Below are positions 58,113 to 64,000 of a stretch of DNA of 64,000 nt, in pieces; positions within the stretch are counted from its first letter, which is position 1; every line of letters starts with the position of its first letter. The notes below the pieces were generated by a model, which was not told the origin of the DNA, did not search any database, and worked only from the letters and a program-made list of their open reading frames with translations. The position numbers and the translations under genes were made by a program. This DNA comes from Candidatus Moraniibacteriota bacterium. GTDB taxonomy: Bacteria > Patescibacteriota > Minisyncoccia > Moranbacterales > JAPLXC01. The stretch is from NCBI GenBank assembly GCA_026396275.1, contig JAPLXC010000002.1, positions 10,618 through 74,617 on the forward strand. Direction: 5' to 3'.

Positions 58113-59993
58113 GTGAATAAATTACTCAAAAACATTATCTCTATTATTCTTGTCTTCCTTTTTGTTTCGGGACTCTTGATTCTTTATAGCACTCCGGCCC
58201 AAAAACCGGCCAATGTCGCTTTGAGCGATCTGGTTAACCAGATCAATGACGGTAAAGTAAAAAGCATTACTGTTGACGGAAGCAAACTGAATATCGAACT
58301 TCAGGACGGGACCAAAGAACAAGCTACCAAGGAATCAGAAGCATCGCTCACGGAATCGCTGGCTAACTACGGAGTCGATAAAGAAAAGCTCAAGGGAGTG
58401 GAAATAAAAGTGAAGGAGGTCTCTTCATTGGCCTTCTGGGCTGGTGCCATTTTGCCTTTTATCCTCCCTTTTATTCTTATCGGCGCTTTTATCTGGTTTA
58501 TGATGCGCCAGGCACAAAGGGGAAATACCCAGGCCCTTTCTTTTGGAATGAGCCGAGCGCGGATGATTGATCCCAAAGACAAAAAGAAACGGGTGACCTT
58601 TGCTGATGTAGCTGGCGCCCAGGAAGCCAAGGAAGAACTAAAGGAAATCGTTGACTTTCTTAAAAATCCCAAAAGGTTCTTGACCATCGGAGCACGGATT
58701 CCTAAAGGCGTGCTGCTTTTAGGACCGCCGGGAACAGGCAAAACCCTAATGGCTAAAGCCGTGGCCGGGGAAGCCGGAGTGCCATTTTTCAATATCAGCG
58801 GTTCGGAGTTCGTAGAAATGTTCGTGGGAGTAGGGGCAAGCAGGGTAAGAGATCTTTTCAAGCAAGCCAAGAAAAATGCTCCCTCCATCGTGTTTATCGA
58901 TGAAATTGACGCGGTAGGAAGACACCGAGGAGCCGGACTGGGCGGAGGCCATGATGAGCGAGAGCAAACGCTCAATCAAATTTTGGTGGAGATGGACGGA
59001 TTTGAGACCGACACCAGCGTCATCGTTGTGGCGGCCACCAACCGACCGGATGTTCTGGATCCGGCACTCCTGCGGCCTGGGCGTTTTGACCGGCGGGTAA
59101 TTCTGGACCTTCCCGATATTTCCGAACGAGAGGAAATACTCAAAATCCACACGGCTAATAAAACTCTGGAAAAAGGAGCAAATCTGCGCATTTTAGCCGA
59201 GCGCACACCGGGCTTTTCCGGGGCGGATTTATCTAATTTGGTGAATGAAGCGGCCATTCTTTCTGTTCGTCGTGGAAAAAAACAAATCGGAATGGAGGAA
59301 CTGGCTGAATCAATTGAAAAAGTAATTCTGGGGCCGGAGCGCCGCAGTAGAGTCATCAACAAAAAAGAGAAAGAAATTATCGCCTATCATGAAGCCGGAC
59401 ATGCTTTGGTTGCCTCCAATCTTCCCAATGCTGACCCGGTACAAAAAGTGTCCATAATTTCGCGCGGCCAGGCCGGGGGCTATACTCTCGCAGTTCCGGT
59501 AGAAGATAAGCGGCTTTATTCCCGCGCCTACTTTGCCGATGAACTAGCAACCCTTCTGGGAGGATATGTTAGTGAGCAGTTGACTTTCGGGGATGTGACC
59601 ACCGGAGCGGCCAATGATTTGGAACGGGCAACGCATCTGGCCAGAAACTTAGTAACTCGCTATGGAATGAGTCGGCTGGGACCAAGAACCTTTGGCAAAA
59701 AAGAAGAATTGGTGTTTCTCGGAAAAGAACTGGGCGAGGAAAGGGACTACTCCGAATTCACAGCCCAGGAAATCGACAAGGAGGTTTCCCGGCTGATTGA
59801 TGATGCCCAAAAAACCGCCGACAGAATTATCAAAGAAAAGAAAGATGTTTTGGAAAAAATCGTGAAAGTTCTGCTTGAGAAAGAGACAATTGAGAAGGAT
59901 GAATTTTCCGAATTAGTTAGCAAAAAGAGTCCTGAAAAAGTTGAAGAAGTAAAAGCACAGCCACCGGAAGGACAAAAAATCAAAATGAATTAG
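58113..59993 (+). CDS. ftsH: ATP-dependent zinc metalloprotease FtsH
   Basis: 626 aa. GTG start, two TM helices, AAA+ GPPGTGKT and the zinc site HEAGHAL. Confidence 0.93.
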   Translation: MNKLLKNIISIILVFLFVSGLLILYSTPAQKPANVALSDLVNQINDGKVKSITVDGSKLNIELQDGTKEQATKESEASLTESLANYGVDKEKLKGVEIKVKEVSSLAFWAGAILPFILPFILIGAFIWFMMRQAQRGNTQALSFGMSRARMIDPKDKKKRVTFADVAGAQEAKEELKEIVDFLKNPKRFLTIGARIPKGVLLLGPPGTGKTLMAKAVAGEAGVPFFNISGSEFVEMFVGVGASRVRDLFKQAKKNAPSIVFIDEIDAVGRHRGAGLGGGHDEREQTLNQILVEMDGFETDTSVIVVAATNRPDVLDPALLRPGRFDRRVILDLPDISEREEILKIHTANKTLEKGANLRILAERTPGFSGADLSNLVNEAAILSVRRGKKQIGMEELAESIEKVILGPERRSRVINKKEKEIIAYHEAGHALVASNLPNADPVQKVSIISRGQAGGYTLAVPVEDKRLYSRAYFADELATLLGGYVSEQLTFGDVTTGAANDLERATHLARNLVTRYGMSRLGPRTFGKKEELVFLGKELGEERDYSEFTAQEIDKEVSRLIDDAQKTADRIIKEKKDVLEKIVKVLLEKETIEKDEFSELVSKKSPEKVEEVKAQPPEGQKIKMN

Positions 59994-60013
59994 AAAAATT
60001 TAAAAGCAGGACC

Positions 60014-60982
60014 ATGAAGAAAATAAACTATCTGGAAATACTTAAAAAGTCCTGGAAAATTACCTGGAGCAACAGGTATCTCTGGTGGTTTGGATTTTTT
60101 TTGGCTCTGGGAAAAGGCGGAGTGAATTTTAATCTTCCTTTAAACTGGAACAATCAGGAAAGCAAAAAGGAAGAGGAATTTATCCGTGTTTTTAACGATT
60201 TTATGGCTGGATACTGGGAATGGCTGCTGGCGGGCCTGCTTTTTATGATAGTTCTAATGCTCGTGATAGTTGTCTTAAAAATCATCAGCCGGGCGGGACT
60301 AATTAAGGGAGCGGCGGAAATTGAAAAAGGGAAAGCATTTAGTTTTAAAGAGGGATTTCTTCAAGGAAAAAAATATTTTTGGAAGATATTCCTTACTGGT
60401 TTTCTGATTGCCTTCTTTCTGATCGGGATAATAATCACTCTTTTTTCTCCAGTGGCTTTTCTTATCTATCTTAAGTCCTATATCTTAGCTGTGATTTTAG
60501 GATTTCTGGCAGTTCTTCTGATTATCGCGCTGGCAATTTTGGTCTCTTTTATCAAGGAATACGCATATATTTACTTAGTCCTTTCCAATCTTAGCGTTAG
60601 GTCTTCACTGGAAAACGCCTACCAGCTTTTTCGCCGCAATATCTGGCCGAGTGTTATTATGATGCTGATTTTCATCCCTATCGGACTCGCGATAGGTATT
60701 GCTGCGATGCTTCTTCTTCTGACGCTGGTCTTGGTTTTCCTGATAATCGGACTTGCGGCTTATCTAATTCTGGCTAAAATTGGCGTTATTTTGACCGTTA
60801 TTCTGGGGTCTTTGGTTTTTCTGGCTCTCGTTTTGCTCCTGCAGTCGATCTTTGAGACCTTCCGCCAGGTCGCCTGGGTGCTGTTTTTCAAAGAAATTGC
60901 TTCAGTAAAAGTTGAGGAAGAAGTAACTGAAAAAGAAACAGTAAAAACCGCAGAAAAGGTCTTGGACGCGGGAGAAGCGTGA
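60014..60982 (+). CDS. Polytopic membrane protein, hypothetical
   Basis: 322 aa, about 7-8 TM helices, acidic C-terminal tail. Confidence 0.45.
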   Translation: MKKINYLEILKKSWKITWSNRYLWWFGFFLALGKGGVNFNLPLNWNNQESKKEEEFIRVFNDFMAGYWEWLLAGLLFMIVLMLVIVVLKIISRAGLIKGAAEIEKGKAFSFKEGFLQGKKYFWKIFLTGFLIAFFLIGIIITLFSPVAFLIYLKSYILAVILGFLAVLLIIALAILVSFIKEYAYIYLVLSNLSVRSSLENAYQLFRRNIWPSVIMMLIFIPIGLAIGIAAMLLLLTLVLVFLIIGLAAYLILAKIGVILTVILGSLVFLALVLLLQSIFETFRQVAWVLFFKEIASVKVEEEVTEKETVKTAEKVLDAGEA

Positions 60983-61101
60983 GATCATGGAACATATAGC
61001 ATGAAACATGTAACATTAACAGGGAAAGATTTTACAAAACAGGAATTGGTAGATTAGTAAAGAAATTCATATTAAGAGCGATGAAAAGTTTAAGTAAATC
61101 G

Positions 61102-61164
61102 GGCAATTAGCTCAGTTGGTTACCCGCCCGAACGTACCGTCGTTCGGTACGGGCGGGGAGTGCT
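61102..61164 (+). tRNA. tRNA 5' portion (acceptor + D-arm) interrupted by a 35-36-nt perfect hairpin; the matching 3' portion appears to lie at about 61612-61665
   Basis: GGGCAAT-TA-GCTC-AGTTGGTTA, then CCCGCCCGAACGTACCGTCGTTCGGTACGGGCGGGG, then GAGTGC. The 3' segment ...GAGTGCCCCGATGTAACATCGGGGAGGTCGCTGGTTCGATTCCAGCATTGCCCA has an acceptor 3' strand ATTGCCC perfectly complementary to GGGCAAT. Coordinates +/-1. Confidence 0.4.
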
Positions 61165-61170
61165 ATATTT

Positions 61171-61431
61171 ATGTATACCGTATACGTGTTACAAGACAAA
61201 GAAGGAAAATTTTACAAAGGTGTTACAAATAATATTAAGCGCCGACTCTATGAACATAAACAGGGCAAAACAAAAACTACAAGAAAGATGGACGAGTTAA
61301 AAATTGTTTACACAGAAAAATACAAAAACTTTAAAGAAGTGAGAAGAAGAGAAGTTTATTTTAAAACTGCAGCAGGAAGAAGATTTTTAAAGAAAATATT
61401 AAATAAAAGGGCGACTAGCTCAGCTGGTTAG
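61171..61431 (+). CDS. Small GIY-YIG nuclease (second copy), embedded in the tRNA locus with its stop codon inside tRNA-Val
   Basis: 86 aa. MYTVYVLQDKEGKFYKGVTNNIKRRLYEHKQG is a GIY-YIG signature. Track coordinates used; my hand count puts the ATG at 61172. Confidence 0.6.
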   Translation: MYTVYVLQDKEGKFYKGVTNNIKRRLYEHKQGKTKTTRKMDELKIVYTEKYKNFKEVRRREVYFKTAAGRRFLKKILNKRATSSAG

Positions 61432-61483
61432 AGCGTCACATTGACATTGTGAAGGTCACAGGTTCAAGTCCTGTGTCGCCCAC
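61410..61483 (+). tRNA. tRNA-Val (anticodon GAC)
   Basis: GGGCGAC-TA-GCTC-AGCTGGTTA-GAGC-G-TCACA-TTGACAT-TGTGA-AGGTC-ACAGG-TTCAAGT-CCTGT-GTCGCCC-A, 74 nt, full cloverleaf. Coordinates +/-1. Confidence 0.8.
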
Positions 61484-61587
61484 TTAGTTCAGTTGGTTAC
61501 CCGCCCGAACGTACCGTCGTTCGGTACGGGCGGGGAGCGCTTCGTTGACATCGAAGAGGTCTGCAGTTCGAGTCTGCACAAGCCCAC
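61484..61587 (+). tRNA. tRNA-Val(GAC)-like pseudo/variant copy lacking a matching 5' acceptor strand and carrying the same hairpin in its D-loop
   Basis: TA-GTTC-AGTTGGTTA-[36-nt hairpin 61501-61536]-GAGC-G-CTTCG-TTGACAT-CGAAG-AGGTC-TGCAG-TTCGAGT-CTGCA-CAAGCCC-A. No GGGCTTG 5' strand. Flanked by the direct repeat GCCCACTT (61479-61486 and 61583-61590). Confidence 0.4.
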
Positions 61588-61675
61588 TTGTTTATATATA
61601 GGCAATTTTAGAGTGCCCCGATGTAACATCGGGGAGGTCGCTGGTTCGATTCCAGCATTGCCCACTCAAAATAAA

Positions 61676-61700
61676 AATCGCCACCTTTGGCGATTTTTTG
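61676..61700. terminator. Bidirectional intrinsic terminator after the tRNA cluster
   Basis: aaatcgcca-ccttt-ggcgatttttt, with an A/T-run on both sides. Confidence 0.7.
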
Positions 61701-61730
61701 TATTGGCAATTTAGCAATGTAACAAATCAA

Positions 61731-62873
61731 TTAATATCTCGGTTTAAACAACGACCCCGGTCCCTGTTGGTTCATTGTATTTCTAACTTGATTCATCATA
61801 TTAGCGTCAACGTTGCGAATTTCCCGGTTAATTTGGGTCTGGACCATACCCACCCCGCTGCGGATAGTGGTAGTTATGACTCGATTGATAGTTGACATCA
61901 CTATTGCCCCTAAAAGTTCAGCCGGATTAGTAGTACCGGCAATAATTTTATTCCCCAAGTCTTGGACGTTGGATTGAATATCTTTTATGGTGCTTCCGGG
62001 AGTAATTACCATTCCTCCGGAGGTCCTAGCCAGATATCCCTGATAAGCAATCGCTTGAATTTCCGCTTTTTTTCTTTCCTCCTCCAGTTTTCTTTGGTAT
62101 TCAGCTTGAGCCATTAAAGAATATCCGAAGGGATTATTGGCGGGGTTAGAGATAAAGGCACTGAAGGCCCGCCAGTTGCCTTGGGCAAACATTTGAGATG
62201 GATCAGACGTGTACTCTTGCAAAGTGACCTGTGGAATTCCGCCTCCCATCGTGGCTTGCCTGGCTTGATTCTCGAGATAAGTGAAATAGCTTCCGGTAGC
62301 AGAACCGCCCCCTATTCCTCCTCCCGAACCCGTACCGATGCATTCTCCCGCTCCCGTAACTTGATCAAATGAACAATTATTACTACAACATTCACTGGAA
62401 GCAGAGCAGCTATCACCTTCATTCTTACACATTGATTGGTTTGATATACACTCATTTCCCTCTGCATCCCAAGTATAATTGGCGGGACAGTAGTTGGATG
62501 TTGATGACCTACCGCCGGTAGTAAGTGTGAAAAAGTCGTTAAGATAAAACTCGGTATTTCTCGCGGGGTTAGTATAGAGAAACTGCTGCCAGTCAGTGAT
62601 AAACATCGCGTTTCCCATTCCGGTTCCCCCAATCAGATTTCCCACTTGGGTATTCATCATCTGAAGAGCTGTCATTTTTAAAGATCCCAAGATTGCCCCT
62701 TCAATCTCGCGCTGGATTACCTCCATAGTTTGCTTCAAAACAGCGGCTGCTATATCTTCTCCCCAAACGCCAGCTTGTGCTCGAGGAACATTATTAAAAG
62801 CAAAGAAAAAAGAAGCGAGGACTAGGACAAAAACAACAGCTGCTCCTTTTACTTTTTTGTTCGTTGGCTGCAT
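61731..62873 (-). CDS. Secreted hypothetical protein with a central Cys-rich module
   Basis: 380 aa. Signal peptide and a CPANYTWDAEGNECISNQSMCKNEGDSCSASSECCSNNCSFD knot-like segment. Confidence 0.45.
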   Translation of the reverse strand: MQPTNKKVKGAAVVFVLVLASFFFAFNNVPRAQAGVWGEDIAAAVLKQTMEVIQREIEGAILGSLKMTALQMMNTQVGNLIGGTGMGNAMFITDWQQFLYTNPARNTEFYLNDFFTLTTGGRSSTSNYCPANYTWDAEGNECISNQSMCKNEGDSCSASSECCSNNCSFDQVTGAGECIGTGSGGGIGGGSATGSYFTYLENQARQATMGGGIPQVTLQEYTSDPSQMFAQGNWRAFSAFISNPANNPFGYSLMAQAEYQRKLEEERKKAEIQAIAYQGYLARTSGGMVITPGSTIKDIQSNVQDLGNKIIAGTTNPAELLGAIVMSTINRVITTTIRSGVGMVQTQINREIRNVDANMMNQVRNTMNQQGPGSLFKPRY

Positions 62874-62887
62874 AAGCAGAGAATTTT

Positions 62888-63901
62888 TTATAATTCAATA
62901 GGAATTTCGCTAATCCCGTAATCTTTTAATTTTTGCTGAACATCTCCGGAAAGTTGGCTAACAAATTCCATAAATCCGCCTATCTTAGAAAGAGAAACGA
63001 TATTGGCCACGGGGTCATCCTGTTCTGGTTTCACTTCTTGTTCCAATTGAGGCGCTAGAAGCGCTAGTTGCAGGCCGCGTTTGTGAATTTCAATAAGATT
63101 GGCCGGGACTTCAACCTCCTCGAGTTGTTCCAGGACTTCTGATTCCTTTTTAACCAAGGAGTCAAGATAGGAAAAGTTGCCAGATGAAATAGCAGAAGTA
63201 ACTTTGGAAGAAAACGCACTAGATGCTTCATTTAGATCGTCTGGTGATTTTATTTCCTCCGGAGAGTTGTTAACGAGAATATAAGAAAGTGCCGTCAGGT
63301 ATTCAAGAGCGTCTTGACGCTCCTTTTCCAAACGCGCCGATTCAGAAAGCTTTGAATAGTTTTGTTTTTTTATTTTAATTGTGCTTTTATCAATTTCCGG
63401 AAGATCTAACTCGTTTGTATTTTGCTGAAGAGCATTATTAATGATAGCGTCAATATTTTCAAGAGTAATTTCCTGATTTTCGGGGGTAAGATTATTCACT
63501 GAAGCAGCGATCTGCTGGGAAAGTTCCTCGGTCAAATTTTTTTCCTCATTAGTAGCAGTTATGTTGCCACTTTCTTCATTGCTGTTGCTTTCCAATTGCT
63601 TACTGCTTACCGCTTGTTGCTTGCCGCTTATCACTACTTTATCCCCCGGCGCTGGTTTCAAGGGATCATAGCCGCTTTTTACTTCCGTACCGTCGGAATA
63701 GCCATCACCGTCAGTGTCGCGATTAAAAGGATCAGTTCCATAGGATTTTTCTTCTTCATCACTTAATCCATCCTGATCAGAGTCCTGAAAAATGTTTTTA
63801 GCGCTTCCCGAATTTTCCTGAGCCACGGTAAAAAACGCGAAACTGGCAACGCACAACCCCGCAAATATCAGAAGCGTTATTTTGGTGTGATTTAATTTCA
63901 C
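62888..63901 (-). CDS. Secreted protein with thrombospondin type-3-like calcium-binding Asp repeats
   Basis: 337 aa. GTG start, signal peptide, DSDQDGLSDEEEKSYGTDPFNRDTDGDGYSDGTEV (DxDxDGxxD repeats). Confidence 0.5.
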   Translation of the reverse strand: MKLNHTKITLLIFAGLCVASFAFFTVAQENSGSAKNIFQDSDQDGLSDEEEKSYGTDPFNRDTDGDGYSDGTEVKSGYDPLKPAPGDKVVISGKQQAVSSKQLESNSNEESGNITATNEEKNLTEELSQQIAASVNNLTPENQEITLENIDAIINNALQQNTNELDLPEIDKSTIKIKKQNYSKLSESARLEKERQDALEYLTALSYILVNNSPEEIKSPDDLNEASSAFSSKVTSAISSGNFSYLDSLVKKESEVLEQLEEVEVPANLIEIHKRGLQLALLAPQLEQEVKPEQDDPVANIVSLSKIGGFMEFVSQLSGDVQQKLKDYGISEIPIEL

Positions 63902-64000
63902 GCCTTTATTATATCACTAGTGAAATTATACAACAAGAAGTTTTAAAAAGAAATGAAAATCCCCGCCTTTTGAATAAGTGCTAGGCGGGGATCATTTTTT

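Noticed and set aside
61493-61895. Track ORFs 61493..61714 and 61698..61895 (TTG starts)
   Set aside because: They are translated through tRNA and hairpin sequence (VTRPNVPSFGTGGERF is the 36-nt hairpin read as protein) and through the terminator. They are artefacts of allowing TTG starts.
1-64000. CRISPR array, IS elements/transposases, integrases, prophage genes
   Set aside because: No tandem direct repeats with unique spacers, and no transposase, integrase or phage structural ORFs among the translated products. The repeats present are palindromic/hairpin types, not CRISPR.

Overview
The window is AT-rich (roughly 38-40% GC by eye) and dense with short, tightly packed or overlapping genes. 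It contains the chromosomal replication-origin neighbourhood of a small-genome bacterium. The gene content (fused type IV pilus PilB ATPase, LTD/PKD surface proteins, giant Cys-rich surface proteins, many tiny orphan membrane ORFs) suggests a Patescibacteria/CPR-like organism, but this is a guess. Core genes recognised: class A PBP (partial), ruvC, yebC, ruvB, a tandem-fused PilB/GspE ATPase, a DHH phosphoesterase, tsaE, polA, fpg/mutM, holA-like, rpsT, a DciA-like protein, dnaN, dnaA, rpmH, rnpA, yidC, jag, a Wzx-type flippase, two GT2 glycosyltransferases, two Wzy/O-antigen-ligase-like proteins, lspA, a DksA/TraR-family protein, yraN, pnp, rpsO, gyrA, an MBL-fold hydrolase, rpsA, a guanylate-kinase-like protein, tilS, ftsH and tRNA-Val(GAC). 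The dnaA-dnaN intergenic region carries a perfect DnaA box next to a very AT-rich stretch and is the likely oriC. Several features are not explained by ordinary gene annotation: (1) a modular palindromic element family (TGTCAT-hairpin-ATCTA..TAGAT-hairpin-ATGACA) with compensatory stem changes, five copies, two of them flanking a small GIY-YIG nuclease gene and one inserted in frame in a Wzy-like CDS; (2) a CAYRTAACA/ATGTAACAT palindromic repeat family, one copy inserted in frame inside tsaE; (3) clusters of TACGAAT/ATTCGTA heptamers with central hairpins at seven gene boundaries; (4) a scrambled tRNA locus with an identical 35-36-nt perfect hairpin in the D-loop of two tRNA-like sequences, a second GIY-YIG ORF and short direct repeats; (5) a cassette of three ATP-grasp ligases, one fused to a retropepsin-like protease domain, plus a 7TM protein; (6) a minus-strand operon encoding a CPBP protease, a 944-aa Cys-rich surface protein, a VirB2/TrbC-pilin-like plus lysozyme-like fusion protein and a frameshifted TolB-like gene. 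The ORF track treats TTG/GTG as Met and often extends N-termini; some starts were re-set. Coordinates of non-CDS features are read by hand and may be off by 1 nt. A 1-nt discrepancy between my hand count and the track appears after about 61 kb.
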